Origin: Wallemia ichthyophaga EXF-994
Taxonomy: Eukaryota > Fungi > Basidiomycota
Assembly (NCBI RefSeq): GCF_000400465.1
Contig: NW_008806285.1
Span: 20,001 to 268,000 of the forward strand
Reading direction: 5' to 3'
Length of the DNA stretch: 248,000 nucleotides
Shown here piece after piece: positions 83,010-97,972 of the stretch. Both the position numbers and the translations under genes were made by a program. Position 1 is the stretch's first letter, and every line of letters begins with the position of its first letter. The notes under the pieces are model-generated. The model searched no databases. It saw nothing but the letters and a program-made list of their open reading frames with translations, and was not told the origin of the DNA.

Positions 83010-84628
83010 TTACGCAGCTGCTGGTGGAGGAATAGAAGCACCTCTGTTATCAGGAATAGCAATGTTTGGGTTATGGTCTTTGAGCAGCTTACCACCGTAC
83101 ATAACGACGCCATTCTCGCGCTGGAATTCTTTGATTCTCTGCTCCATCTGTGGTCTGAAGTGTCTAACGAGACCTTGGATTGGCCACGCTGCGGCGTCAC
83201 CGAGTGCGCAGATGGTGTGACCTTCAATCTGCTTGGATAATTCAACCAACATGTCAATCTCCCTATTGGCAGCTTGGCCGTTCTCGAATCTGTTCATCAT
83301 GTTGTACATCCACGAAGTACCCTCTCTGCATGGTGTGCATTGTCCACATGACTCGTGTTTGTAGAACTTTGCGAATCTCGAAATAGCTTTGACCATATCG
83401 GTGGACTGATCCATGACGATGATTGCTCCAGTACCGAGGGATGTTTGAGCATCCTTGAGAGAGTCGAAATCCATGAGAACGTCGGTACAAACATCTCTTG
83501 GGATGACAGGCACAGATGCACCACCAGGTACTATGCCCTGGAGGTTCTGCCAACCGCCCTTGACACCACCGCAGTGTCTCTCGATGAGTTCCTTCAGGGG
83601 CACCGACATCTCTTCTTCGACGACACATGGGTTGTTGACGTGTCCAGAAATGGCAAACAATTTTGTACCTGAATTCCTGTCTCTGCCGAACGAGTCAAAC
83701 CAAGAAGGACCTCTTCTAACAATGGTTGGAACAACTGCCACTGTTTCTACATTTGCGACAGTGGTTGGACAACCGAAAACACCGACATCGGCAGGGAATG
83801 GAGGCTTAAGCCTTGGCTTACCCTGCTTGCCCTCGATAGATTCAATAAGCGCAGTCTCTTCACCGCAAATGTATGCACCGGCACCACGGTGGATGAAGAC
83901 GTCGAACTTGTAGCCAGAGCCGCAGGCGTTTTCACCTATCAAACCAGCTTTGTAAGCTTCGTCGATGGCTTGCTGGAGTCTGACGGCCTCGTGGTAAAAT
84001 TCACCACGGATGTATATGTAAGAAGCAGAGGCATTCATAGCTCTGCCGGCAACCAAACAGCCTTCAATGAGTTTGTGTGGGTCACCACGCATGATTTCTC
84101 TGTCCTTGCAGGTGCCTGGTTCACCTTCATCAGCGTTGACGACCAAGTAGCGAGGTCTGGAATCTTTATCCCAGCCAGGCTTGTTCATGAAGGACCATTT
84201 CAAGCCTGAAGGGAAACCAGCGCCACCTCTGCCTCGAAGTCCTGAGTCTTTAACGGCTTGGATAAGGTACTGGTCACCCTTCAAGACAATTTCCTTCGTC
84301 TTGTGCCAGTCACCACGACTCATTGCGCCTTTGAGGCTGAAGTCGTGGCGGTCGTACAAGTTAGTGAAGATTCTTGCGGGGAGTTAGAATGAGAGTGGGC
84401 AGCGTACAAGTACACATACCTATCTTGATCTATTGGAAAGCACGCGTCAGCCACCTACACATAATCCTCACGCCATTCTCACCTTTCAAACCGCCGTATC
84501 CTCTGCAACGCCACAGTGTAAGCGGGATAGAGATGCGGATAAAAGCGCACTAACCTAACTGGTGGCTCTGAAACCGATGCAAACGATCTCGCAGACCTTA
84601 GAACACTTTTTTGAACGCGGTTCAACAT
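83010..84628 (-). CDS. NDUFV1: Complex I 51-kDa flavoprotein subunit
   Basis: [43 protein letters not shown]. Confidence 0.98.
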
Positions 84629-84813
84629 GGTGGTTTTGGTAGAAATAACGCACACAAAACAGCGTACACAACGCACGCACAAAGAAAAGTTTAAATAAAT
84701 AAATAAATACATAGCTGTGCATCCTCTGTGGCTTTCGCATCTCCAACTCTGCATATATCTCAAATCAGTTTCAGCCAGTCACAATTGAGATATTTGAAAT
84801 GAGGCCATGCAGG

Positions 84814-85806
84814 CTACTCCATCTCCTCAACCATCTTGGGTGCCTCTGCTTGGCCTACTTGTAGCTCGACATTGTCCAAAAAGTCATTGGCCACGAGGAA
84901 GCGTATCGTTTGTGAGAGGTAGCTTACACTCTGCCTAATCTCATCGTTGAACAGCTTCGCCATGAGATTTGGCTGCTCGAATTGATTTTTGTGCTTTGGT
85001 TTGCTGTCTGTGTGGTTTTTATGAAGGCGTGGCTGTGAGAGGAGATGGGAAGGCTTTGGTGGATGGGATGGAGGGATCTTTGAGGAGACACTTTCTGGTG
85101 CATCGTCAGCATCGTCAGCATCATTGGTAGCACCGTCGTTGTCGTCAGCCTCCTCTATGACACGTTTCTTTGGTATTTGAGACGGTTGAAATGCTTGAGA
85201 TGCTTTGTGATTAGAGCTCCCCTTCAAGCTACCACCGAACTTTGGATGTAGTGGTAGCTCTCCGCGCGCCTTTTTATCCTCCCGGACGCGTTCCTTCTCA
85301 GCGAGATTTGCTGCAGAAGGAAACCTACTCTTACGCTCAGCAATCCAGTCATTTATAGCCTCTGGAGTATCGAGCATGATATTTGTACCTTCGACGGGCA
85401 CGATAGGCTTCGCAGGCTTCGAAGCTCTCTTACGCTCCTCGTTCTCGAGGAAGCCGGGTGGATAAATGAGGTGTCTGTCCATCATGTGTAACTCTACTTG
85501 TTTCTTTGTACCCGAATGGGTACATTGGGTGCAGTGGTGTTGTTGCGGCTGTTGTGCTTGTGGCTGCTGCCGCTGCTTCTTTGGCTTGGACTGTCTACTT
85601 TGTCTACTTGGGCCAGCGTTTGCACCGGAAGCAGAAGGATAGAACTGCTGATTGTTCATGTAGCTGTAGTATCCAGCGTTGTATCCGCCGACGCTGGCTG
85701 TGTGTTGTGCGTGCTGTGCGTTTGCCTGCGCCTGAGCCTGCGCTTGCTGCTGCAAAAACCACCACTGATAATATGCGTTATAATATTCCTCGGAATTGGT
85801 GTCCAT
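84814..85806 (-). CDS. NUFIP1/Rsa1-like box C/D snoRNP assembly factor
   Basis: DTPEAINDWIAERKSRFPS; QTIRFLVANDFL. Confidence 0.75.
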   Translation of the reverse strand: MDTNSEEYYNAYYQWWFLQQQAQAQAQANAQHAQHTASVGGYNAGYYSYMNNQQFYPSASGANAGPSRQSRQSKPKKQRQQPQAQQPQQHHCTQCTHSGTKKQVELHMMDRHLIYPPGFLENEERKRASKPAKPIVPVEGTNIMLDTPEAINDWIAERKSRFPSAANLAEKERVREDKKARGELPLHPKFGGSLKGSSNHKASQAFQPSQIPKKRVIEEADDNDGATNDADDADDAPESVSSKIPPSHPPKPSHLLSQPRLHKNHTDSKPKHKNQFEQPNLMAKLFNDEIRQSVSYLSQTIRFLVANDFLDNVELQVGQAEAPKMVEEME

Positions 85807-85871
85807 TTGATTTACTTAAACTTGTTCAAGGATACCGCCATCATCTCAAGCACAAATATTTAAATTCAAAG

Positions 85872-88800
85872 ATGAGATCTCTAACGCAGTTCTCGGAATA
85901 TTCAAACCACTCAAATCACCACAATCCACTGCGCCAGATTTCTTACTGCCCAGATTTGGATGTTACATTCGGGTGCTGTGAGAAGAAGGCGGAATTCACG
86001 CTGATTGGTTGGAGCGATTTGGGTGTTTGCAAGGTGTGTATCCGTTGTCCCATCTTTTCCCCCGCTCAGCCATCTCCCAGCATCTCGCAACCATCTCCCA
86101 TAGTCCATCTCCGACTCCGACCACCACCGACTCCCAGCTTATCTCGCTCGCTTATCTCCCGGATGCCCAATCCGTCTGCATTCTATCTCGGTCTGGTGAT
86201 ATCTCGCTGATCCGATTGGCTGATTTCGATTTGCACCAAGACTTGGAATATCCCGTCGAACACATTGGCACTGTCGAGCCAGGCATCACAGCAGCAAGCT
86301 ATAGCCCTGACGAAGAGCTTCTCGTCATCGTCACTCTCAACGACGACCTCCTCCTCCTCACCGCGAATGGCTACTTTGATGTCCTCGCAGAGTTGCCGCT
86401 CAGATCCAGCGACTTTGGCCAAGATAAGAATGTGAACGTTGGGTGGGGTTCCAAATCCACGCAATTCCACGGCCGCGCTGGTAAACAAGCCGCGACTCTG
86501 CCAGGTGGTCCATCACTTGTAACATCAGAGCAGACAGAGCACACCGAGCACACCCTCGACTCTCAGCCTAGAGTGTCTTGGAGAGGCGACTCAGCCTTTT
86601 TTGCTGTATCTACCCTCGACCTCCTCGACAAAGAAAGCGGTGATGGGCAGGTAGAAGCGCGCGTGATACGGACCTATAGCCGCGCATCAGCCGAGTTGCA
86701 ATCTACCTCTGAATTCGCTCCTGGGCTACTGCATCCTCTAGCCTGGCGCAAGGGGCCTGGCGCTCCGACGATGGCGTCCGTGATGCGATATGGACAGTCT
86801 CCAGGCTGTGCCGAGGGCTATGAGCATCTTGATATTGTTTTCTTCGAGCGCAACGGCCTCAGACATGGCGAGTTTACCTTAAAGGGTATCGTGCAGGGTG
86901 CGTTGGAGGGAAAGAAAGATGTGCGCGTCAAGGAACTCGAGTGGTCCTGCGACGGAGTCGTCCTGGCGGTGTGGCTGTCCATCGATAACGAGGATGTCGT
87001 CCAGCTGTATAGCTCTGCCAACTGGTACTGGTATCTCAAGAGCGAGGTGCCTCTCCGCAGCGCTGGAAATACAAACAGTGTACAGGCGCTCTCCTTCTCC
87101 GACGAATCCCCTCTCAACCTTTCCATAATCCTCGCCGATTCCTACAGGAATTTGGAATGGTCATGGACAGTGTACAGCTCGCCCAACGATAGGCACGACC
87201 TCGGTTTGGTGGGAGTGGTTGATGGACATCACACCAAATTCACTCCACTCGGAATCGCCAATGTCCCACCACCTATGTCACTCTATCAGGTGCAAACAAA
87301 CGGCACACCCGTCCACGTGGCATTCGCACACTCGTCACTGGCCTTCCTCCTCCCAGGCGGCAGGGTAGAGGTGTGGCGGTACGAGCCTGCAAATGGCCAC
87401 GCTAGACCTACACACCAGAGCACTCACCAGACAGACGCACATGCGCGCCAGATCGCGTGGGTGGACGAGCACACGCTCGCTGTCGCCGGCGGTGAGCTGG
87501 GCGTGGTGGATGTGAGTGTGGATTCGAAGGAGGGTGTTTACACACGCACTAGTGTGCACAGCGAGGCAGTACCATTGCATCGGTCCCTACTCGTGCCTGG
87601 CCTGTCTGACACTGCTCTTTTGCAGGATGCAAATGCGCGTCTGCACACCCTTACCCTCACCCCCACCCCTACTCTCGCGGAACTAGATGTGGAGCTCGGA
87701 GTGTTCTGCCCGCACGTCAGCTACCACGGCGGCACAGAGCGCGTCGTCGCGCTATCCCCCACGGGCAAACTGTCTATGGGAAGTGTAGACGGTGTGCGAA
87801 TGACCCCACTCGCCACTAACGCCCTCTCGTACACACTCACGCCCGATTTCCTTATAGGCACCACGAGTGCGCACAAGGCCATATTCGTCGACTTGCACAG
87901 CGCGAGTGAGGCAGGCGGTGGTGTTGAGGAGAGGAGAGTAGAGAGAGGGTCGCGCGTAGTGTTAGCGTGTCCACGTGCAATGCGGCTCGTGTTGCAGATG
88001 CCTCGTGGCAATCTCGAGACTATCGCTCCGCGTCCGCTAGTCCTTCAGAACGTGCGGCGCGATGTTGAGGCGGGCCGGTATGGCGATGCGTTTGTGGCAT
88101 GTCGGAAACATCGTGTGGATATGAACATCCTCTTCGATTTGCAGCCTTCCCTCTTCTTCGACAGGCTTGCGGCGTTTGTGGACCAGATCAAGCACCAGGA
88201 TCACCTCAATCTCTTCCTGACGGCGTTGCGGGATGAGGACCTCACTCTGACGCAGTATGCGAAGCAGGAGCAGGAGCAGGAAAAGGGAGAAGTGGATGTG
88301 GGCGATAAGAGGTGGGTGGTATATCTTTCTTACATCTTGAAATAGATAGACTGACACAATATTATACAGCACACACGCACCCCACCGCCCTAACAAAGTG
88401 AACGAAATCTGCACGGCAGTGCGAGGAGAGCTGCTCAAGCGGGATTTAGTGGCGTACACGCAGACGATTATGACATCCTACGTCCGCATGACACCGCCAA
88501 ATGTCGAAGCTGCGCTCAATCTGCTGCACGAGCTGCAGAAGCAGAAGGTGAGGCGGGAGGTGGAGATGGAAGTGGAGCTGGGAGATAACTCTGGTGACAG
88601 CGTCCACGATAACTCAGACCTAACCGATCTGGTTGAGGAGGGAGTCAAGTATATAATCTTCCTCGTCGATTCGCGCACCTTATTCGACTGTGCACTTGGC
88701 ATGTATGACTTCGAACTAGTGTTGATGGTGGCGCAGCATTCTCAGCGCGATCCTAAGGAGTATCTTCCCTTCTTGCGCCATCTGCAGGGTATGGGTGAGG

Positions 88801-90047
88801 CTGAGCAGCGGTTCCACATCGATGACCACCTCGGCCGGCACGTGCGTGCAATGGGGCATGTGTACGCGCTATACAGGAGTATGAGCGATACAGACAACGA
88901 GAAAGAGAAAGAAGCGGCATTGTCGACATTCATCACGTACGCACAAGACCACTCGCTTTACAAAGAGGCGCTTTCGCTTAGCAAGGAGGATAGCACAGCG
89001 CATAGGGTGGTGCTGGAGGTATATGGGGACCATCTAACGACGCAAAACGAGTATCGGGATGCAGCCCTCGCGTATCGACTTGCTGACCTGCGCGAGAAGG
89101 CCTTGGGAGCTTATGACCGGGCACACGCGTGGCAGGAGTTGTTTGCGATGATGATGGAGTATGGTAGCACCTCAGACGAGCTCGCCGACGTTGCTTACCG
89201 TATTGCCGAAGATCTCAACCAGCGTCGTCGGTTTAGCGAAGCGGGTCGTGTGCTGTGCGATTATACAGACGATACACGTGCTGCCGCCGATCAGTATATC
89301 AAGGGTGGGGAGTATGCGGAGGCGGTGCGCGTGTGTGTGTTGAAGAAGCACTTGAACCTCATCAACACTTTCATCAAGCCATCTCTCATTAATGCGCACG
89401 AAACGGCCATGGACGAGGCGGAGGAGATGGACGGTCAACTCACCAAACAGATGGAGAGACTGGGCGAGTTGCGTATGGCGAAGAAAGCCCAGCCTGAGGC
89501 TTTCTACATGGAGGAACAGCTCGAGAACAACCCCGCATTGGATAATGTGGATGTGGCTTCGGATGCTACGACGGCAGTGACGCAATTCACGCGTTACACT
89601 CAACGAGCTTCGACATTTGCAAGCAGCGCGATGACGGGAGCTTCCAAGAAGAACAGCAAGAAGAGCAAGAGAAAGGCTGCGATGAAGGAAGCGAGTGGGA
89701 AGAGAGGGACAGTTAACGAGGAGGTGTACATCATGGCAAGTCTAAAGAGATTAGTTGAGCGTGTGGAGGGAGTGCTCAAAGAGGCAGGTGGATTGCTGGG
89801 ATATCTGTTGATTTACGGGTACGTAGAGGAGCACAGAACGCTAAAAGAAAGACTGGGGGATTTGGAGGAGAGGATAGAGGGAGCAGTGGGGGAGACTTGG
89901 AGGGAGAGTGCGGATGACACGGCTATTCCTAACAACATACCAGACACAGAGAGGATGGTGTGGGAGAGAGTGTCTAGCGAGTTGAGTAGAAAGTACACGC
90001 AGCCTAGTAAACCAGAGAATAAGAGAATAAATTGGAGAAGATTGTAA
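85872..90047 (+). CDS. ELP1: Elongator subunit 1
   Basis: SWRGDSAFFA, FFERNGLRHGEF, NWYWYLK, LQMPRGNLETIAPR, QHSQRDPKEYLPFL. Confidence 0.96.
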
Positions 90048-90113
90048 ATAATTTTTAGATAGAAATTCACTGGGAATGCACACACTGAGGAAGGGTTAAG
90101 AAGACACCTCACA

Positions 90114-91850
90114 ATGAGCCTGAAAATACCAAAATCACAGGGAATAGACTTGTTTAAGCCAGGTGGCAAGCAGCTTTCTGGAATAGAAGATGCGGTAATT
90201 AGAAATATTCAGGCAGTCAATGAGCTATCAGAGATCGTTAGGACTTCATTTGGACCAAATGGTGGGGAGGTATGGGATATAATATACATAGGCTAATGCT
90301 ATACAGGAAAGAACAAGCTGATAATCAACCACCTCGACAGGCTATTCGTTACAAACGACGCAGCTACGATTGTCGAGGAATTGGAAGTTGTTCACCCAGC
90401 AGCGAAATTAATCGTGATGGCATCTCACCAGCAGGAGCAGGAGGTAATTGTACTGGTACATGACCTATATCACCCTAACACTCCTCAGGTCGGCGATGGA
90501 TCAAACCTGGTACTCATCTTAGCAGGTGAATTACTCAAGAAAGCTGAGAATTTATTGATAATGGGATTGCATCCTTCTGAGATTGTTCAGGGATACGAGT
90601 TGGCTAGAAATAAAGCACTTGAATCCCTCTCAGATCTCTCAAATGGAAACCTGGCTCTCCCACCCACAAAGCAATCCTTAGCAACCTCCATAAAGACTTC
90701 CCTTGGCTCGAAACAATTCGGTAACGAAGACTTCCTCGCTGATTTGGTCTCAGATGCTGTCTCAACCGTCATGCCCAAAGATTTCTCCCAATTCAATATC
90801 GATAACGTTAGAGTCGTTAAGATTATGGGCGGTAACCTCTACGAATCACGCGTTCTTAGAGGTATGGTCTTTGGTAGACAGCCAGAAGGCGTTGCACGCA
90901 ACGCAACCAAAGCAAAGGTCGCCGTTTTCACGTCAGGCATTGACATATCTCAAACCGAGACTAAGGGCACCGTTCTCCTCAAGAACGCTGATGAAATGAT
91001 GAACTTTACAAGAGGCGAAGAGCAACAAATTGAAAAGGTCTTGAAGGAAATCGCTGACTCTGGCGTCAAAGTTGTCGTTGCTGGCTCTCAAGTTGGTGAT
91101 CTCGCCTTACACTACTTGAACAGACTTGATATCGTCGTTATCAAGGTTCTCTCCAAATTTGAGCTCAGAAGACTATGTAGAGTCGTCGGTGCTACCCCAT
91201 TAGCTAGACTTGGCGCTCCTACCGCTGAAGAAGCTGGTTATGTTGATGTTTTGGAAACTACTGAAATCGGTGGGGATAGAGTTACCGTCTTTAGACAGGA
91301 CAATGATCAACTCACTCGCACTTCAACTATCGTCTTGCGTGGTGCTACTGCTAATCACCTCGACGATATTGAGAGGGCTATTGACGATGGTGTCAACATT
91401 ATCAAAACCTTACTCACTAAGGATAACAGATTCATTGCTGGTGCTGGTGGCTCTGAGATGGAATTATCCAAGATCATCGAAGATTTTGGTGATAAAACTC
91501 CCGGCCTCAACCAACACGCTATCAAGAAATTCGCTGAAGCACTCCAGATTGTTCCAATCACCTTGTCTGACAACGCAGGTCTCAACTCAACTGAAATTTT
91601 AGCCAAGCTTCTCTCGGCTCACTCAACAGATAAAGGTAGAGATTTTGGTATTGACATTGATGCTGTATCTGATGAAGGTATAATAAACACACTCCAACAC
91701 GGTATAAAGGACAGTTTGGCTTCCAAGTGGTGGTCAATCAAGTATGCCGTTGAATCTGCTATCGCTGTACTTAGAGTGGACAGTATCATCATGTCGAAAG
91801 CTGCTGGTTTGGCTCCACCTCAACAACAAGGACACTGGGATGATGATTAG
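90114..91850 (+). CDS. CCT8: Chaperonin CCT theta
   Basis: RTSFGPNG, VGDGSNLV, LRGATANHLDD, AGAGGSE. Confidence 0.96.
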
Positions 91851-91902
91851 ATTATCAAAAAGTTTTATTGTGAATTCTTTAATAAATATTGTTTCTTTTA
91901 GT

Positions 91903-93105
91903 CTAAAAAGTACAATAAACCAAAGCGAATGTGAGTGTGGCCATAAGTGTGAAAGGTGATGAAACGTGGAGAGATAACCCGCCGCTGCTTGCCTTGTATG
92001 GCTCAGAAGTTGGATGGAATGATGCTTGTCCGAGTGATGTTGCATTGCCTTCACTCATTGTGTACTTCCAGCTCACATCGTCTGGTCCTACATTGGTTGG
92101 AGAGTCAGCGCACTTGATTGATACCGATTGAATCGTAGCCTTGAATGGACCTGATAGACATTTCATTAGCGAAGCAATCAGTTTGGAGAGTTACCTACCT
92201 TCATCCCAGTGAATAGCTCCACCGCCCCACTCATAGCTTCCCGGTGACACATCCTCAATCCCAGATGGCCAGACTGAAAATTGTAATCTCGAAGGTGAAG
92301 CTGGGTAGTGTGGCACCTTATCCCATCCCATAGTGTCAGCTTTATTGAGTGTTCGCACTACAACACCATCAATCTTCCACTCGAGTTTTTCTTCCGTCCA
92401 ATTTAAACCAAAGTCATGGAACCGCTCATCAGGATGAGGGAAGTCGTGAGTATCGCCCTTGGTGTAATCTGTTTCACCTTGGAAATAGTAATTGGACTGG
92501 CCTTCTCCAGTTTTTGCACCAACAAACTCCCAATCGATCTCATCATGAATGTCAGACATTAAGATCATAGTAGAAATAACGCCCTGGTTTCCTGTAACTT
92601 TCATTCTAGCGTTAAACTCTCCGTAAAGCATGTATCTTGTTGAGCTCAATTTCGTACCCTTATTATCCTCTGTCATTATCATTGTCAACATGTTATCTTC
92701 TCTAGCTATATCTCCTTTGTCGAGAGTGAAATCGTATTCATCTGCTTCTCCATGGTATTCATCTGGATTCTGCATAATACCCTTCCAAGCAAGTCTATCA
92801 AATGCGTTGATATTGAGATTCTTACACATGGGTACGTTCTCGCAAGCGTCTTGAGCAGATACGCGTGGATCACACCCAAAGCGACAGTGTGCATTAGTGT
92901 CACCGCAATGACCAAATTCTGTAGTGCGTTGCAATCAGCTAAAATACGCACAATCACAACACCCCCACTCACCTGAGCAACACGGTATATCAGTTGGACA
93001 GGTCAGACCTGTAGCTGCACTGCAACTACCACCATTGGCTGCTGCCGTCGTTGCTGCGAGTGCAAATAGAGCTCCTAATGAAAATGCGCGTTTAGCGTTG
93101 TACAT
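91903..93105 (-). CDS. GH16 chitin transglycosylase (Utr2/Crh type) with chitin-binding module, probable GPI anchor
   Basis: Signal peptide; Cys-rich CBM18; DEIDWE catalytic motif; hydrophobic C-terminus. Confidence 0.88.
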
Positions 93106-93599
93106 ATTCCGCTTATGTCTGGTTGAGTTGATTTAATGAGCGTGGATTGTTTTGTTTGTGCAAGTAAACCCTTGATATATAGATATTATTCAAAAGCCTT
93201 TAGTCTGCCGCGTATGAGCCTATATTCATACCGAAGCTAATATTCGTGCACGGGCGTGCCGAGGTCATAGATGAACTGACTGCATTGGGTTGGTCATTAT
93301 TGCATCTCATTCAACTCTTTACTCCTCCTGCTTATGCCCACGGGAGTGATGGTCAATGTCAGGTCAAAGTCGCACAATCTCCACGCAAAGTGTCAAGTAC
93401 AAAGTTCTTTATTAGAATCACAAAATAACATATATTATAATTATAAAGTTTGTTTGTATATTGGGCTACAGAAGTCAACCCTACCGCACAGATTGCAGAC
93501 TGTTACATCTCACAATCCATAAGCAGCGGGTCCGGCTTTTCTCAGCTCATCTTTTATCTCTGACTGGACACATACCGATGCTCAATCAATTTGAGCTCA

Positions 93600-96500
93600 G
93601 TCGCAATTCTTTTCCTCAAGGGTGGATTTGCCGGTCTAAGTCATTTTTGTTTGAGAAGTAAATGTTGCGAATTTGTAGTACAAGTACACCGAAAAAATTT
93701 AATCCAAGTTCATTATTCCTTGCTTGGAGATCCAGTTCATGATTTCTTACTAAGAAGATCTTTGCCAACTCCCAGCGATCGCTTGCCTATGTTCGAAGCT
93801 AATGAGAGTACGCCCACAGAATCGTGAATCTCGCCATCTGATATATTCTCAGATGTCAGCGTCCAATCGTCATCGTTGTCATCAGTATCGTGATTTTCCA
93901 TGTTACTGTCGTCTTGTATGTCGTCGTGTTCTTTCGCTCTTGCTGTAACCACTGTCTGAGCGTAGTCCATATATCTGTATAAACATTTGATAGCTGTACC
94001 CTGAAGATTTATTAGCTAAAAAAATATACACCCAGGCGATATACCTACTACGCCATCTTCCTTTCTTATCTTCTCACCCACAGTCTTAGCATTCGCGATT
94101 TGCTTCTTGTCCGTGGTTGCATCCTTGAGAGCTTTAGACAGTGTGTCTACTGTAAGCTTGCGAACACTCGCGCCCAGATTCGCAGCCTCGACTCTATCAG
94201 CATTGAAGAACTGGTCACCAAAGAACGGCTTAATGACCGTTGGAAGTCCTGCTCTTAAACTGGCGCCTGTCGTACCACTACCGCCATGGTGTACAGCTGC
94301 ATCTATCAGCGGGAAAAGCTTGGCATGGTCGACTGTATTAATTGAGAAGATACATTTTGGTAGCTGAGGTTCTTCTTTCTTCTTGTCAGTGTGCATTCGA
94401 TCCGACCATCCTTTCGAAAGAATGGCATAGACGCCAGCGTTTTCAATAGCCTCCACTACAATTCTTGTCATCTCGTCCGGATCACTAACAACAATCGAGC
94501 CAAAACCAATATAGACTACCTTCTTACACAGTCTTCGACCTTCATCTACGAACTCGAGCATATCTTGGTGATCCTCCGATTCCAATCCCTTCCTGTTTTC
94601 TTCATTGTTTGTATTGAATGAGTCCATAAACCAGTAACCAGTGACATGGATCCACTCATTCCAATCAAGCGGCTTGGGTACTAGTGTTGGAGAGAAGCAG
94701 TACAAGAATGGAACCTTATGCTGTGCCAATCTTTGCAAATTCGTACCTTTCAGCCCCAGTGTCGATCTTCTCCATCTATTAATTTGTCCGGAGATAGCTC
94801 GCCAAAAGACCTGATCAAATATCGTGTAAGTCATCCAATTGTATGATCCACCCATTCGATGCTCGGGTACAGCGAACGCATGTGGATAAGCTCTTGTTCT
94901 TGTCCATGTCATAGTGAATGCTCTAAAGTATGGTATCTTGAGAGCTTCAGCTATGTGTATTCCAGCCATAGCTGACGGTGACTCAATCAGTACGTCTGTC
95001 TCCTGACAAGCCTCCCATGATCGTCTCAGTAGCTCGTCAAGCCAGTTTCTGAACTTGGATAGACCTTCCTTTAAAAATGCCAGCGTAAATGTACCATTCT
95101 CAACACAGATTTGCATAAGCTCGGCAGGATCTCCACCCACTTCCCTATGCTCAATACCAGATCCTTCGACCCATTCTTTGTATTCTCCATGCGTCGCTAT
95201 TCTGCATTCGTGTCCCTCTTTGATTAGTCCCTTGCACAACGCTATGTACGGTTGCACGTCACCTCTACTACCGATCGTGAGACATGTAATACGGAGCCGC
95301 TTAGTTGGCTGAAACGAGACTACAGATGTTGATGCTGATAAGCCATCTTCATCGGGCACAGGCGCCGTCTGTGATGGGCGTCTGTATGACAGCGAGAGAT
95401 CCTCGATGATTTGAGCTTCTTTAAGACCTTTTGAAGATTGAGTGTGTCGAAGAGCTGGATTCTTTACAAGCCTATCGAGCTGCGTGGAGAGTAGCTTCTC
95501 GCATGCGTCACGACGGTTAGCGGTGGTGAATTCAATGAAGAGTTCCTCGTGACCTGGACGTGATTAAGTATTCTGCTAACAAACGACAAAAGATTACTCA
95601 CGATGTATAATCATGATGAGACCATGGAACGAGAAACGAAGAGGTTTGTGAGGTTGAACAGCTTGTAAATCACTTAATGGTAATATCATCTAAAATATCT
95701 CAGTTTGTCAATTTTACTCCGTATCTGACCCACCTTTGTCTTGCCTAGCATCTGTAATGATCTAAAGCAGAGATAATTGTCCGTGATGTAAACTTTACCA
95801 GGCACAGGATACATTCTAAACAAGGCACAATTGAAATGACCAAGTATCCTTTCCTCGGATAAAGCAAAGAAAGCGTTGAATTTTTGCTGGATATCTTCCT
95901 CGGCTCGAAGCACATCCTCCGTGCCTTCGCTGTGCTCCAAAACAGAGAAATCGCTACCAACATCTTCAAACTCATCATCAGACTCAGCAGAATTACTTCT
96001 AGATCTCGACCTTTGAGCGCTCCTATTCGAAGGTTCTTCATATGTTTCGCATACTCTACTATTGGTTCTCATTAAAGTACCGCTGATAGCTGGATTAGGC
96101 AAAGGTCGCTGAGGTTGTTGGAGCTGTTGGGGCTGTTGAGGTTGTTGACGTTGCTTATTACTATTGCTATTAGCGTCATTGTTATTATTGTTATTTAGAA
96201 ATGGTAAATTCGGTAATTTAGGTAAGATGGTCGATAAGTGTGGGTGTGGAATCATGCGTGGAGCACTGTATACCGCTTTACCAACTTTCAAGCTACCAGA
96301 TTTGATCCATGAAGGAATTTCAGAGGTTAATGACCGACTTCTATCGCGGTTGCGGTTATGTGGCGGATAAGTATGATCGCTCTGTGCGCTAGACGCCGGT
96401 CTCGCTGTCATTTCAGATCCTTCAAGGACCTCTCCTTTCATCTTGGATGGAGATTCTGTCAAAGTCTCATTAGACAATATGCGATGGACATTCTGTCTAT

Positions 96501-97599
96501 ACGAATCTAATATCTGACGCAATGTGTTACTGGCAAATTGACTGTCTTTAAAGTGATCAAAGTAGTAGCAATCTGCACCATCCTCGTTATTTATGTAGCT
96601 GACCGCTACGCTATCAGCGAATTCCAGATTAGACGATCTTTCAACGTTGATTATGTGGTCATATGGAACGACAAGCTTGGACTTTGTTAGTGTTGAAGAG
96701 TGGAACCGCTATACCCACCTTGAATGATCCAGACTCGTTCTGTGATCTAAAGATACCCTTTCTAATCATCTTGACCCACTCATTTCTACCAACCTTGGAA
96801 TCAGCCACGAAGTTAAATTTGCGTTCAGAAGTGACGACAACGAATTCCCTATCACTATTCTTGACAGTGACGCTGCTGATAGCGTACCTGAGCGCTATGT
96901 TGCCGACTGGGAAATAAGGGTCCGTTTCGCTGCCGAACCAGCTCAATACGTCATTTTTCAGGGTAAGCCAGTATCTGATAACACGTCTCGTCCTGAGGGT
97001 GCGTTTACTGATTGGGCCATTTTTAACGAGACTATCCCTCGCAGGTGAGGGGACGTGTGCAAAGAAACACAAGAAGGAGTCTGTTGAATATAAGAAACCT
97101 TCTAGCAGTGGTCTGTAGCTTGATCCGAGGAGAGAGGATCTAAACTCTGCGTGAATTTCCTCTTCACCCTCCAAATTGAAGATCTCTGCCAGCTTCTTTG
97201 ACAATGTTCTGCGTCTCTGTGTGGACTTTTTCTTCAATGACTGTGATTTGCTCTTAAGTGCAGTGTCGTCGGAGCTATCAGAGCTATCAGAATCCTCTTT
97301 TTCAGATTCGTGAGGGGTACCTGTCACAGGTGTGGAAGTAGACGATTCAGCTTCTTGATGTTGTGTGTCGTTATGTACTGTGTTCAGTGAGGAGTAATGG
97401 TCTATTTGACGGAGTTAGACTGATTTTCATTTACAACGCCCGACTTACTTAGCACGCTATTGTTTTGTGCTTTATCCTCGAGTACCTCCTCATCATCATC
97501 GTCATTGCTATCATCATCAGCATGGCGGGCGAATGCCTGTATGACCTGTATGAGGGACTGTGTGCCCAAACGCATCTTTTTGCCATTAGAGATTGCCAT
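93600..97599 (-). CDS. ATG26: Sterol 3-beta-glucosyltransferase with PH and GRAM domains (ends approximate)
   Basis: LTIGSRGDVQPY, VHHGGSGTTGASL, PFFGDQFF; PH exon 96659-97327. Confidence 0.93.
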
Positions 97600-97972
97600 A
97601 GTGCCAGTCGCCGTTAACTTACATTAGTATCACCACGCCAGCTTTTAGACGGCGTCAAAAAAGCCGAAGACGTTCCTTGCTGTGCTGAAAGTTCATTTGG
97701 GGAGGCTGTGGTATGTAATTAGCCCAACTTAATTATTCGCAGTATCCACACACTCGTTTGGAAGTATCCCTCGTTCTTGTCCTGCTCGTGGGGAACCTGG
97801 CGATCCTGACATTCCTGGTGATTGTGGCGTTCCTGATCCGTGCTAATGGACTGCGAATTGCTGGTTTCGGCCGTAGGCTGACTCATTTCTGCCGCCCCCT
97901 GCTTTTGCTCAGTTTCAGTCATAGTATTGGGGAAACAAGGAAATGGATGGAAAACAAGTAGTTACAAATATG